A stretch of 64,000 nucleotides of DNA from a bacterium (GTDB taxonomy: Bacteria; Patescibacteriota; Minisyncoccia; Phycocordibacterales; Phycocordibacteraceae), in the NCBI GenBank assembly GCA_023267755.1, contig JAHFMR010000002.1:42463-106462 (forward strand), read 5' to 3'. The position numbers were made by a program, and so were the translations under genes. Of this stretch, positions 27,639 to 36,629 are shown piece by piece; position 1 is the stretch's first letter, and every line of letters begins with the position of its first letter. The notes under the pieces were generated by a model. The model was not told the DNA's origin. It was given only the letters and a program-made list of their open reading frames with translations, and ran no database searches.

Positions 27639-28618
27639 GCGGAGAAGTATTTATTTTTGAGTGAAAGAGACAAATACCCAATTCCGATCATTGCGAGTCC
27701 GGCGATAACCAGAGCAAGCGGCCAACCGAGCCCACTTGAGAAATATTCGGAGGTAATCTTGAGAATATACATCATGAGGAAGATCGTACCCCATGTCAGG
27801 AATGATCTGCTCTTAACATAGACACTGAGGAATAACGTCCCAAAGATAAGTACTGGATAGATTAACTCCCAGAACACATTCTGGTTTGGCTTCCATCCGC
27901 CAAGAAACATCGCAGAACCAAGGAAACCAAGAACACCAAAACCATAAAGGAAGCCGGAGAGAGGCGCGTGCTCATTTTTCGAGAATGCGTAACCCAAGAA
28001 CATATAAGAGATGCCGACAACGAGTGTGCGGTATTCAGAGAATTTCCATCCATCGAAGTACGGACCGCTTCCAATCATGAAGCTCGTCAAGTTGAAGAAG
28101 AATTCGGTACCGAAGAGAATACTGAATAACAGAAAGACGTTTTTTCGAGACAAAGCATATGACAAGAGGAACGCACCAAGGAGTATCCCCGATATGAGAC
28201 TGTGCGTGCCGGAGCTGTTCATATCAAGACCCGCCTTGTCGAAGACGACATACAAACCGACGGGCATAACCAATGCGGATATGAGGAAGAATGCAGAGCC
28301 GACGGCCTCTGTGCGTACGTCCTTGTTAAACACGAGCCCTGCGAAATACGCGGCGATGCCAGTACCCAAGGTCGCCAATACTTTCGTGCTGAAGCTGAGC
28401 GTTGACCAGTTTTGTGCGAGCAGGATGGTGATGCCCAGGAACACAATTGCACCGCCTATGTAATAGAGAATCTCGGCAATATCGAGTTTTTTGATAAGAG
28501 TGTGATCAGCACGGACACCTTTCCCAGTATCAAATGCCGCAATAAGCTCCTCTTTGGTAACTACCTGGAGTTCTCCGAGCGTCTGGACGTACTGCAGAGT
28601 CTCTTCTTTTGTTGCCAT
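27635..28618 (-). CDS. Hypothetical polytopic membrane protein
   Basis: It has a cytoplasmic N-terminus followed by about 9 TM helices. Its stop overlaps the ABC-F stop. Confidence 0.55.
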   Translation of the reverse strand: MATKEETLQYVQTLGELQVVTKEELIAAFDTGKGVRADHTLIKKLDIAEILYYIGGAIVFLGITILLAQNWSTLSFSTKVLATLGTGIAAYFAGLVFNKDVRTEAVGSAFFLISALVMPVGLYVVFDKAGLDMNSSGTHSLISGILLGAFLLSYALSRKNVFLLFSILFGTEFFFNLTSFMIGSGPYFDGWKFSEYRTLVVGISYMFLGYAFSKNEHAPLSGFLYGFGVLGFLGSAMFLGGWKPNQNVFWELIYPVLIFGTLFLSVYVKSRSFLTWGTIFLMMYILKITSEYFSSGLGWPLALVIAGLAMIGIGYLSLSLKNKYFSA

Positions 28619-28624
28619 AGTAGT

Positions 28625-29152
28625 TTATTGTTTTATCCATCCTAAGAAATGGAAGTCGTTGTAATAATAGGTTCCGCTTGAACGCACCCAATTAATTTTC
28701 TTACTAACATTATGACCTTGAACGTATCGAGCGTTGTAGTCAACTCCAGAGTTAAAGTCGAAAGGGAAGATGCCCCCACCTCTGCCGCCAGGGACCACCT
28801 CAAAGTCATCAGGAGATACTAGATTCGAATTCAGATTCATTCCTCGAGCTTCATCGAATGAAATCTCACGACTTTCATCCCGAGTGACGTCATACAGGAA
28901 CAATCTTGATTCGGTTATTGTTCCAGTTGGGGGTTGATTTTTCTTTTCATTTTGTACCAACACACCATTCTGGACTACATATTGTTGACCGCCGTTATAG
29001 TAATAATTGTCACCGCCGGTTGCGTACAAGAAGTTGAATCTTGGTTGAATAAAGAGTCCTGGCAGATAGATGCTGCCGGCAACGAATATAATCATCAGCA
29101 CAGGGATAGCCATTCCTAGAACCAGAGACACATTCTTCTTTATGTATTCCAT
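28625..29152 (-). CDS. Hypothetical membrane-anchored protein
   Basis: It has a single N-terminal TM and an Asn/Tyr/Gly-rich ectodomain. Confidence 0.5.
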   Translation of the reverse strand: MEYIKKNVSLVLGMAIPVLMIIFVAGSIYLPGLFIQPRFNFLYATGGDNYYYNGGQQYVVQNGVLVQNEKKNQPPTGTITESRLFLYDVTRDESREISFDEARGMNLNSNLVSPDDFEVVPGGRGGGIFPFDFNSGVDYNARYVQGHNVSKKINWVRSSGTYYYNDFHFLGWIKQ

Positions 29153-29179
29153 ACGTCCATATTACTACAATTTAGGCGG

Positions 29180-29253
29180 ATTTTTTATGTGCGCCCGGAT
29201 GGATTTGAACCATCGACCCACGGCTTAAAAGGCCGCTGCTCTACCAGACTGAG
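29180..29253 (-). tRNA. tRNA-Lys (anticodon TTT)
   Basis: The hand-folded cloverleaf has a gcgcccg/cgggcgc acceptor stem, a cttttaa anticodon loop and a ggttcaaatcc T-arm. Confidence 0.85.
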
Positions 29254-29381
29254 CTACGGGCGCGAGTGAGGAAAAGAGAATGAGTGGCCTCAGTCATTCT
29301 CTTTCTCCGAACGAGCGCACAGTATGGTAGTCCATACGGGCGCGCTCATTTTCGTAATCTACTCTTTTTGTACCGTTTTTC

Positions 29382-30329
29382 CTAGTAGCTGAACGCATCC
29401 ACTGTGTTCCCTTGGGTATCGAGAAGCTTCACCAATTCATGTTTAGTGCGCCACATCGAGTTGGATCGGCCGAGATACACGCGCCACGTGGCGCTCTCAA
29501 AATCGGAATCGCTCCTGTGTGCCTCGACACACCCGTTGTAATTTAAGTACTTAATCAAAAAGCTCTGGCACACGCCTGAGATAGTAGGAGGCGGAGAGAG
29601 CACGACCTGACAGCGGGAGAGCTTGTCGACGTAGTCGATGCAAACCGCGTCACGGATATAGCCGGTGCCGTAGTCGGTCACGAGTTCACTTGCGGGGGTA
29701 GGGCAGTTCTGCGGGAGAGAGGGAGTAAATGTTTGGAATGTGCTGAAATAACCGATGCACTTATTCTCACGGAAGGATGCCCCGATGGGGGATTGGCCCG
29801 AGACAATAATCGCACGTTCGCCAGGAGTAAGTACGATGTCCTGGGCCGCGTTCACCACACCGCTCGTTGGTACCTCGGTTCCCTTCGGGATGACAACCGC
29901 ATTGCCGGTTGCGTCACTTGAGAGCGTCCATCCGGAAATATCAACCGGTGCGCTTGCGCTTAAGGCGACAGAAATCTCCACGTATTCGTTCTTTGGGTTC
30001 AGAGAGCCCGCGCCCGCGACATAGTGGTTCATCGAGATGAGTCCGCGATACGGAGAAGGAGTCCCGAAAGTACTTCCTCCGACGAACGTGGGGAGGCTCG
30101 AGCCACTGCCGCTGTTCGATGAGCCTGATGAGATTGAGACACCAGAACCGCCAATACCAAAGGGCGCACGCGGGAAGTTAAGATACGTGCCGCCGCCAAG
30201 CACATCGGGAGCAGCGAGCCGTGGACCAGCAAAAGCGAGAGGATGGAGCGGGCCGCCCATCGCCGCCCAGACAAGAAAGATGAAAACGAAGATGCCTATG
30301 AAGAACCACGCATCGTGCATATCACTCAT
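29382..30329 (-). CDS. Membrane-anchored protein with a lamin-tail-domain (LTD)-like region
   Basis: An N-terminal TM and a Gly/Ser-rich linker are followed by NEYVEISVALSASAPVDISGWTL, which resembles the LTD motif (EYVEL.N....VDLSGW.L). The C-terminal region contains 6 Cys. Confidence 0.55.
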   Translation of the reverse strand: MSDMHDAWFFIGIFVFIFLVWAAMGGPLHPLAFAGPRLAAPDVLGGGTYLNFPRAPFGIGGSGVSISSGSSNSGSGSSLPTFVGGSTFGTPSPYRGLISMNHYVAGAGSLNPKNEYVEISVALSASAPVDISGWTLSSDATGNAVVIPKGTEVPTSGVVNAAQDIVLTPGERAIIVSGQSPIGASFRENKCIGYFSTFQTFTPSLPQNCPTPASELVTDYGTGYIRDAVCIDYVDKLSRCQVVLSPPPTISGVCQSFLIKYLNYNGCVEAHRSDSDFESATWRVYLGRSNSMWRTKHELVKLLDTQGNTVDAFSY

Positions 30330-30360
30330 AGGGGAATAGTAGCAAATTTACACGGAGTGG

Positions 30361-30906
30361 TCAGTGATGAGACGAGAGGGAGGCCTTCAAGCGGGCATCC
30401 TTACCCTGAACACTGTCGGGGATAGCCTGGAGCGCCTTACGCGCCTCGCGCTCGGTGTAGCCGAGTGCGACGAGCGTGTCGAAGACTTCGCCATCGGCGT
30501 CGTCGTGTGCAGCAGGGCCAACTTTCTCAGATAATTCAACCAGCATCTTCTCAGCGCTCTTCTTTCCCAGTCCGACAATCTTGGTCAGATAATTCAGATC
30601 GCGCTTGCTGATGGCACCTTCAAGCGCGGCGCGCGGCGCGCGACGTAGCACCGAGAGAGCAGTCTTGGGCCCCACACCCGAGACCGAGAGCATAAGCTCG
30701 AAGAAGTCGCGATCGGCCACCTCGCTGAAGCCGTAGAGTTCCATCCCGTCCTGTTTGACCGCGAGATGCGTGGCGAGGGTCGCATTGGTGCCCATCGAGA
30801 GCGCTTGAGGCGCACTCATCCGTACCTCGATACCGAAGCCAGCAACCTCGATGACTGCCCCTACCGGAGTTATCGAGAGCACCTTTCCGCTAATCTGTCG
30901 GATCAT
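30361..30906 (-). CDS. ruvA: Holliday junction DNA helicase subunit RuvA
   Basis: MIRQISGKV is the OB-fold start, followed by HhH motifs (LSVSGVGPKTA) and C-terminal domain III. The start is at an internal Met of a longer ORF. Confidence 0.85.
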   Translation of the reverse strand: MIRQISGKVLSITPVGAVIEVAGFGIEVRMSAPQALSMGTNATLATHLAVKQDGMELYGFSEVADRDFFELMLSVSGVGPKTALSVLRRAPRAALEGAISKRDLNYLTKIVGLGKKSAEKMLVELSEKVGPAAHDDADGEVFDTLVALGYTEREARKALQAIPDSVQGKDARLKASLSSHH

Positions 30907-30961
30907 GGCGCTATAGTACCATTTGCCACAGGACGGGAGATACGGTATATAGAGAAGACAT

Positions 30962-31231
30962 ATGGCAATCACCAGTTCCGCAAAGAAGGCTATCCGCGTA
31001 GCGCAGAAGAAGCGCGTGTTTAACTTGCGTCGCAAGGGAGCTCTCTCCACTACGACCAAGACGCTCACCAAGGCGCTCGCGGCGAAGGATGTGAAGGAAG
31101 CAGAAAAGCTCCTCCCGGCGGCCTATAAGGCAATCGACAAGGCGATGAAGCGCGGTGTGATCAAGAAGAACACAGCAGCACGCAAGAAGTCTCGTCTCGC
31201 TCTCTCCATCAAACGCGCTTCGGCGAAGTAA
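30962..31231 (+). CDS. rpsT: 30S ribosomal protein S20
   Basis: MAITSSAKKAIRVAQKKRVFNLRRK is a basic helical S20 pattern. Confidence 0.85.
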   Translation: MAITSSAKKAIRVAQKKRVFNLRRKGALSTTTKTLTKALAAKDVKEAEKLLPAAYKAIDKAMKRGVIKKNTAARKKSRLALSIKRASAK

Positions 31232-31239
31232 TCTACTTG

Positions 31240-31311
31240 TGCTCCCACGAGGAATCGAACCTCGATCTCAGGCTTCGGAGGCCTACGCTCTATCCGTTGA
31301 GCTATGGGAGC
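31240..31311 (-). tRNA. tRNA-Arg (anticodon CCG)
   Basis: The cloverleaf has a gctccca/tgggagc acceptor stem, a ctccgaa anticodon loop and a T-arm cgagg-ttcgatt-cctcg. Confidence 0.8.
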
Positions 31312-31334
31312 AGTACAAAAACGATATCACCAAT

Positions 31335-32018
31335 TTAATGCCTCTGCTCAATTCGCGACGCAATCTCATGTCCGAGGGCAATCATTTCCCGTTGGATGAC
31401 ATTGGAAGAGTAATGCAGATTGCAGATGCCGTAAAAGTTTTTGCGGTAGCTTTTTCTGCGCCCGCTACGAGGTTTCAGATAAATTTTCCAAAACTGCGAA
31501 GCAGGAACCTTAAGTTTTTCAGACCAATATTCGCGCACTTCTTCGGGATTGTGGTAGTAATGGATTTGTAAACCGACGCGGAAGCGTGTTTCATCGATAG
31601 AATAATGCTTGCGTAACAGGGCGATAAACAAGCAGACAAGTTTTGGGTCCGTGTTCGTGAATTTCATATTATTATCTGTTTTGCCACCTTCTCCCCAGTA
31701 GAGCATCGCGAGTAGAGATTTCCCGACATCTTCCCGGTGCACAGGGATGGAGTTAGCGAGCTTTTTTGCGGTACGGTTGGCTGTCTCGAAGCGCAATTCT
31801 TTATTACGCCGTATGACGATAAGAGCGGCCGCACGAGCTTTCTTTAAATGTGCGATTTGTCGAGAACGATCTGGCTTTCTTCCGGCCTGACTCGACCAGA
31901 CGGAAAGAGTACTTTTCGGAATACCAAGAGCTTTCTTGATTTCAGCGTAAGTTTTTCCATTTTCAATTAACTTCAGTGCCTTCTTTTTAATCTCCTCGGA
32001 ATATCGTGCTCCTGCCAT
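31335..32018 (-). CDS. HTH-domain protein with a LAGLIDADG-like motif (putative homing-endonuclease-like protein)
   Basis: It has an N-terminal HTH (KKALKLIENGKTYAEIKKALGIPKSTL). A single LAGLIDADG-like motif KSLLAMLYWGEGGK is followed by the helical segment NTDPKLVCLFIALLRKHY. It is flanked on both sides by tRNA-Arg genes. Confidence 0.5.
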   Translation of the reverse strand: MAGARYSEEIKKKALKLIENGKTYAEIKKALGIPKSTLSVWSSQAGRKPDRSRQIAHLKKARAAALIVIRRNKELRFETANRTAKKLANSIPVHREDVGKSLLAMLYWGEGGKTDNNMKFTNTDPKLVCLFIALLRKHYSIDETRFRVGLQIHYYHNPEEVREYWSEKLKVPASQFWKIYLKPRSGRRKSYRKNFYGICNLHYSSNVIQREMIALGHEIASRIEQRH

Positions 32019-32128
32019 AAATCCATTGTATAAGATTTATGTGCCGTGAGTATATAGCTACGTTCAATATTGTGGATATCAGTAGAATTACTGAACGATG
32101 AGAGCAGTGCTCTCTTTATACTACCTTG

Positions 32129-32200
32129 TGCCCCCGCGAGGAATCGAACCTCGATTACGAACTCCGCAAGCTCGCGTCCTATCCGTTGAACGACGGGGGC
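32129..32200 (-). tRNA. tRNA-Arg (anticodon reads GCG, unusual for bacteria)
   Basis: The cloverleaf has a gcccccg/cgggggc acceptor stem and a ttgcgga anticodon loop. Its D-loop (aacggata) and T-arm are identical to those of the tRNA-Arg(CCG) 0.9 kb away. Confidence 0.65.
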
Positions 32201-32215
32201 AATAGAGAATGTATA

Positions 32216-32689
32216 TCAGAACCCGAGCCAAGCCGCCACCAGGTCAGAGAAGGAATGGTGGTGTTCGTCCTCGTCGACGTGCTGGAGGAAGTAGGTGTAG
32301 ACCAAATCTTCATCGACATCGTTCAGTGGGATGATGAGATGTGGTGAGAGCCAACTCATCGTTTTAATAGAAATTATTGAAGGGAGTTCACCCTCAACAT
32401 CTTCGAGTACTGAGAAGGACAGCATACGTTCAAAGGGGTGGAACTCGTCGCCGATAAGGATCCCAGTTTCTATGAGCCGGAAGCGGTGAACAGAAGGTTC
32501 TTTGGCGGCGTGGAGCGCGAGTGCCGCCGTTGCGACGACGATAAGGACAGCGAGGAGATAATTACCGAAGAGAATCGAAGCGATGATGCCCGCAATAGCG
32601 ATGATGCCGAGTGCCCAATACCAATCACCGCTCTTCGGGTTGTAGTCGTATTCCTTTCCTTCCCACTCCGCGAGAGTGTTGTTAGCCAT
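32216..32689 (-). CDS. Hypothetical membrane protein
   Basis: It has two N-terminal TM helices and an acidic C-terminal domain (DEDEHHH). Confidence 0.45.
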   Translation of the reverse strand: MANNTLAEWEGKEYDYNPKSGDWYWALGIIAIAGIIASILFGNYLLAVLIVVATAALALHAAKEPSVHRFRLIETGILIGDEFHPFERMLSFSVLEDVEGELPSIISIKTMSWLSPHLIIPLNDVDEDLVYTYFLQHVDEDEHHHSFSDLVAAWLGF

Positions 32690-32749
32690 AGGTCAATAAT
32701 AACAGAACGCACGCAGCACCTCTCTCATTACTTCGGCTCGTGTGTACAA

Positions 32750-32834
32750 GCGGATGGGGTGAGATTCGAACTCACGACACCTTGCGGTGTGGCGGTTTTC
32801 AAGACCGCTGCCTTAGACCACTCGGCCACCCATC
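32750..32834 (-). tRNA. tRNA-Ser (anticodon TGA)
   Basis: It has a long variable arm, a ggatggg/cccatcc acceptor stem and a cttgaaa anticodon loop. Confidence 0.8.
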
Positions 32835-32843
32835 CTCAATGTC

Positions 32844-33113
32844 CTATACCTGTGTTGATGAGCTTACCGCAGGTGCTTGAGGAGAGGAAGGGCGATACCA
32901 GATGAGGTACACGACTTCGAGGATGCCGAGTGTATTGACGGTGAGCAGGGTGATGAACCACCACTTCTGACTGTTGCGCGCCGCGTTCCAGAGCGCATAG
33001 CCTTTAACAACTACGACGAAGAGCACGAGGATAGCGATAAACGGAGCAAACGGAATAAGTTTATCGAGAAGGTCTGGAGCAAACGGGGAATAATAGGGTG
33101 CGGATGGTTGCAT
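32844..33113 (-). CDS. Hypothetical small membrane protein
   Basis: The 89-aa ORF has two TM helices. Confidence 0.4.
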   Translation of the reverse strand: MQPSAPYYSPFAPDLLDKLIPFAPFIAILVLFVVVVKGYALWNAARNSQKWWFITLLTVNTLGILEVVYLIWYRPSSPQAPAVSSSTQV

Positions 33114-33143
33114 ATGTCGTGATTATACCACACACTCTTTACT

Positions 33144-33557
33144 ATGCGGTATCTCGGTATTGATTATGGCAGTTCGAAAATCGGTCTTGCGCTTTCTGAT
33201 GAGGCGGGCTCGATGGGATTTCCGCACGCTATTGTGACGAATACGCCGCGGCTCGCGGGCGAGCTGTGTGCCCTTATCGCGAGAGAGGGTGTTGGCGCGA
33301 TAGTTATCGGGGAATCGCGCGACCTTGCCGGCGGCGAAAATGCGATTGCAAAGGATGCTCGTGCGCTCGGCACCGAGCTCGCAGCGAGATCAGGAGCGCC
33401 AGTCTTCTATGAATCAGAAATATTTACGACTGCCGAGGCGCGTCGCGCCCCAGAGAAGGAAGGGAAGTCGAGATCTCCCAAGTCGCGTGCGCCGGTAGAC
33501 GCCTCTGCCGCCGCACTCATTCTTACCAGCTATCTCTCACGCACGCACCATGGATAA
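33144..33557 (+). CDS. ruvX: Putative pre-16S rRNA nuclease / Holliday junction resolvase-like YqgF (RuvX)
   Basis: MRYLGIDYGSSKIGLALSD is the YqgF/RuvX RNase H-like N-terminus. Confidence 0.85.
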   Translation: MRYLGIDYGSSKIGLALSDEAGSMGFPHAIVTNTPRLAGELCALIAREGVGAIVIGESRDLAGGENAIAKDARALGTELAARSGAPVFYESEIFTTAEARRAPEKEGKSRSPKSRAPVDASAAALILTSYLSRTHHG

Positions 33558-33891
33558 GCTCCGCATCTCAATCGATGAGTTCAGTAAGATAGAAGTAAAG
33601 GTCGGCACGGTTAGAAGTGCCGAGCGCGTTCCTGACACCGACAAACTATTGAAGCTTATGGTCGATTTTGACGAGGAAGCTGGCCCGCGTCAGATTGTCT
33701 CCGGTATCGTTAAGTATGTGAGTGACCCCGACACTCTTGTCGGGCGCCAGCTCGCCTTCGTGACCAACCTTGAGCCACGCACTCTTCGCGGTCTTGAGAG
33801 CAATGGGATGCTTTTCGCGGTCGGATCAGATGAATCATTCGCTTTTCTTACTCCCGACAGAGTCGTTCCGCCTGGCACCAGTGCACATTAA
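33550..33891 (+). CDS. tRNA-binding (EMAP/CsaA-like) OB-fold protein
   Basis: FSKIEVKVGTV...KLLKLMVDF...IVSGI matches the tRNA_bind (Myf) domain consensus. Confidence 0.7.
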   Translation: MDKLRISIDEFSKIEVKVGTVRSAERVPDTDKLLKLMVDFDEEAGPRQIVSGIVKYVSDPDTLVGRQLAFVTNLEPRTLRGLESNGMLFAVGSDESFAFLTPDRVVPPGTSAH

Positions 33892-33939
33892 GTCGAGCGA
33901 CACGACGAAGCTTCGGCGAAGGGGAGGTATACTTGAAGT

Positions 33940-35037
33940 ATGTCTTTCGGTTTTAGTGAAAAATTGCGCACTGCTTTTGCACCGCCTCGATACCTTGCAC
34001 CACCGCTATCCGGCATTGATCTATCAGCCAGCGGCGTAAAGGCGGTACGTCTTGTCCAAAGCCCTGCGGGACTTACGCTTGGAAGCTATGTAGAAGAGCG
34101 ACTCGCGCCAGGAGCCTTTGCTGAAGGAGAGATTGTCGATCGCACGGCGGTTGTCGCGGCGCTTTCTGCAGCCGCAAAGGCAGCAGATATTTCGGCCGCT
34201 AATGCGGCGCTGCCGGAGTCAAAGTCGTACCTTTTCGAGACGACGGTTCAGAATGCATCAAGGGTCGAGTGGCGCACCACAATCGAGCAGCAACTCGACG
34301 AGCTTATACCACTGCCACCGCCCGACGTCGCTTTCGATATCGTGAGGATAGGACAGAGCACAGACGGAGGCGTGCGAGTCGCGGGGGTTGGGTTCGCACA
34401 CCGTATTATCGATGATACGCTTGCCGCATTTGACCAAGCGGGCGTTGAGATTCACGCGCTCGAGGGAGAGCCATTTGCGATGGCACGAGCGCTTATCCCC
34501 GCAGGAGATGCCGCGACCGTGCTCATCATCGACGTGGGTAAAACGACGACGAAAATCTCAATTGTCGCTGGACGCATCCCGCGCTTCGCGACGACCATCG
34601 GCATCGGCGGTCACGCGCTCACGCTCGCGGTGCAGAAGCACTTCGGCGTGACCGAAGCAGAAGCACGCAAGGTGAAGATTGAGCGAGGTATCGTCCCGGC
34701 TCCCGGCAACGAAGACTATCTCGCCGCGATGCTCTCGACAGTCTCTGCGATTCGCGACGAGATATTGCGGAGGCTCGAATATTGGCAAGAGAAGGCTTCC
34801 CTCACCGAGGCACACGAGCCAGTGTCGCGCGCGATTCTTGCCGGCGGAAATGCGTCGGTACGCGGGCTCCCCGAATATCTCGAGGGGGCGCTCGGAATCC
34901 CGGTCGCCGCCGGAGACGTGTTCACCAATCTTGCGTCAAGAGACACATGGATTCCGGAGCTCGACTACGCCGAGTCACTCGCGTACGCGACCGCAATCGG
35001 TCTCGCACTCCGGGACGATACACACCTCTATGCATAG
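33940..35037 (+). CDS. pilM: Type IV pilus assembly protein PilM (actin-like ATPase)
   Basis: It has an actin/HSP70-fold pattern and is in gene order with pilN and pilO, overlapping the pilN start by 8 nt. Confidence 0.8.
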   Translation: MSFGFSEKLRTAFAPPRYLAPPLSGIDLSASGVKAVRLVQSPAGLTLGSYVEERLAPGAFAEGEIVDRTAVVAALSAAAKAADISAANAALPESKSYLFETTVQNASRVEWRTTIEQQLDELIPLPPPDVAFDIVRIGQSTDGGVRVAGVGFAHRIIDDTLAAFDQAGVEIHALEGEPFAMARALIPAGDAATVLIIDVGKTTTKISIVAGRIPRFATTIGIGGHALTLAVQKHFGVTEAEARKVKIERGIVPAPGNEDYLAAMLSTVSAIRDEILRRLEYWQEKASLTEAHEPVSRAILAGGNASVRGLPEYLEGALGIPVAAGDVFTNLASRDTWIPELDYAESLAYATAIGLALRDDTHLYA

Positions 35038-35587
35038 CGAACTTACCAACTTACTTCCTTCCGATCGTCGACACATGCTCGCGCGAGGCTATCGTATGCG
35101 TCTTGGTGTTGTTGGGATTATTCTCGTCACCACCCTTATTATCATTGCGGCCGTGCTGCTCTTCCCGACCTATATGCTCCTCACAGGAAGTATGAGTGCG
35201 AAGCAGGCACGCCTCGCTTCGCTAGAGACGGCACTCACTTCGTCAAATGGGAAGGAATTAACGGCTCGTCTGACTGCCCTCACCAACAACACTGCGACAC
35301 TCGTAACGCTCGCGAGGACTCCTTCAGTAAGCGCGATTATCCGCAGTGCGCTCGATATCGCCCGTCCGGGAGTCTCTCTCACGGGTTTTGTATACGCCCC
35401 AGCGACAGACAAAACGTCGAAAGGGCAGCTGACGATCTCAGGGACGGCGGTAACTCGCGATGCTCTTCGGAACTATCAGCTCGCGCTCCAGAGCGCGCCT
35501 ATCACGCAATCCGCTGCACTACCAGTTTCTGCCTATGCGAAGGATAGCGATATCGCGTTTACCATCGTTATAACGCTCGCCCTATGA
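35030..35587 (+). CDS. pilN: Type IV pilus assembly protein PilN
   Basis: It has a short cytoplasmic N-terminus (PSDRRHMLARGYRMRLG), a single TM and a periplasmic coiled/ferredoxin-like domain. Confidence 0.7.
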   Translation: MHSELTNLLPSDRRHMLARGYRMRLGVVGIILVTTLIIIAAVLLFPTYMLLTGSMSAKQARLASLETALTSSNGKELTARLTALTNNTATLVTLARTPSVSAIIRSALDIARPGVSLTGFVYAPATDKTSKGQLTISGTAVTRDALRNYQLALQSAPITQSAALPVSAYAKDSDIAFTIVITLAL

Positions 35588-36111
35588 AGTCCTTAACATC
35601 TCAACTCGGGGCAGCTTTTCTCGTATGTGTAATCGCGATAATCGGGTACGGGTTCTGGTATGCCGCTATTGAAGCGAAGAGCACCGCAGTTGCGACTATT
35701 GAAAATCAGATTCTCACGAGGACTGAGACAGCGAGCCGCATCGCTTCCGTGCGGACATCCCTCGCTGAGATCTCAGGGGACGAAGCAAGCGTGCAGAATT
35801 ATTTCCTCCCAGAAACAGGCGTTGTCTCTTTTATCAATAATCTTGAGGACCAAGGGAAGAAACAGGGTTCAAGCGTAAGCGTCCTCTCTGTCGCCACAAA
35901 CACGATAGCCGGCCAATCAGTGCTCGCTTTCACACTCTCCATAAAAGGAACGTTCGATGCGGTTATGCGGACCATCGGGAACATTGAATATGCGCCATAC
36001 GATCTCTCGATTTCGACGCTCGCGATCAGTCAGGATGGTAAAAACGGCTGGCATGCCGACCTCACCTTCCTCGTCGGATCATCTCCTACGGCCACCACAA
36101 CACCATTATGA
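35584..36111 (+). CDS. pilO: Type IV pilus assembly protein PilO
   Basis: It is a single-TM bitopic protein after pilN, of similar size and topology. Confidence 0.6.
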   Translation: MKSLTSQLGAAFLVCVIAIIGYGFWYAAIEAKSTAVATIENQILTRTETASRIASVRTSLAEISGDEASVQNYFLPETGVVSFINNLEDQGKKQGSSVSVLSVATNTIAGQSVLAFTLSIKGTFDAVMRTIGNIEYAPYDLSISTLAISQDGKNGWHADLTFLVGSSPTATTTPL

Positions 36112-36416
36112 ACATACTTACTCCCATCAAGGCATTCTTCAGTCATCTGCGAGATGGCGCGCATCAGGATCCGGCGCGCGATTGGCTAGCGCTGATAACA
36201 CTCTCGTCCATAGCGCTCGCAGGTCTCATCGTATGGAATGCGCGGACGTTTGATACGGTCGCGAATGGAGGAGTTATCGGTGCACCGATGCCCCGGACGG
36301 CATCAATCTTTGATCAGGCTGCACTTAACACGGTGCACACGATTTTTGCGAATCGTGCGGCGGAGGAGGCGAAGTATCGGACCGGGACCTATCGGTTTAC
36401 AGACCCATCGCAATAA
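36108..36416 (+). CDS. Hypothetical membrane protein, possibly a pilus-assembly accessory protein
   Basis: The 102-aa protein has one TM and a 4-nt overlap with the pilO stop. Confidence 0.45.
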   Translation: MNILTPIKAFFSHLRDGAHQDPARDWLALITLSSIALAGLIVWNARTFDTVANGGVIGAPMPRTASIFDQAALNTVHTIFANRAAEEAKYRTGTYRFTDPSQ

Positions 36417-36450
36417 AGGCGCGAATACGCTAGGGTAATAAGGTGCGAGC

Positions 36451-36522
36451 GCCTCGGTAGTTCAATGGATAGAACTGCGGACTTCTAAGCCGTCGATGTT
36501 GGTTCGATTCCAACCCGGGGCA
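36451..36522 (+). tRNA. tRNA-Arg (anticodon TCT)
   Basis: It has a gcctcgg/ccggggc acceptor stem, a cttctaa anticodon loop and a T-loop ttcgatt. There is one A-G mismatch at the base of the anticodon stem. Confidence 0.7.
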
Positions 36523-36544
36523 CAGCTGGCGAGAGCGAGCGGCA

Positions 36545-36629
36545 GGGCATGTGGTGCAACTGGTAGACACGTACGTCTCAGAAGCGTATCCCGCAAGGGT
36601 TGAGGGTTCGAGTCCCTCCATGCCCACCA
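36545..36629 (+). tRNA. tRNA-Leu (anticodon CAG), CCA encoded
   Basis: It has a long variable arm, a gggcatg/catgccc acceptor stem, a ctcagaa anticodon loop and a genomically encoded CCA. Confidence 0.8.
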
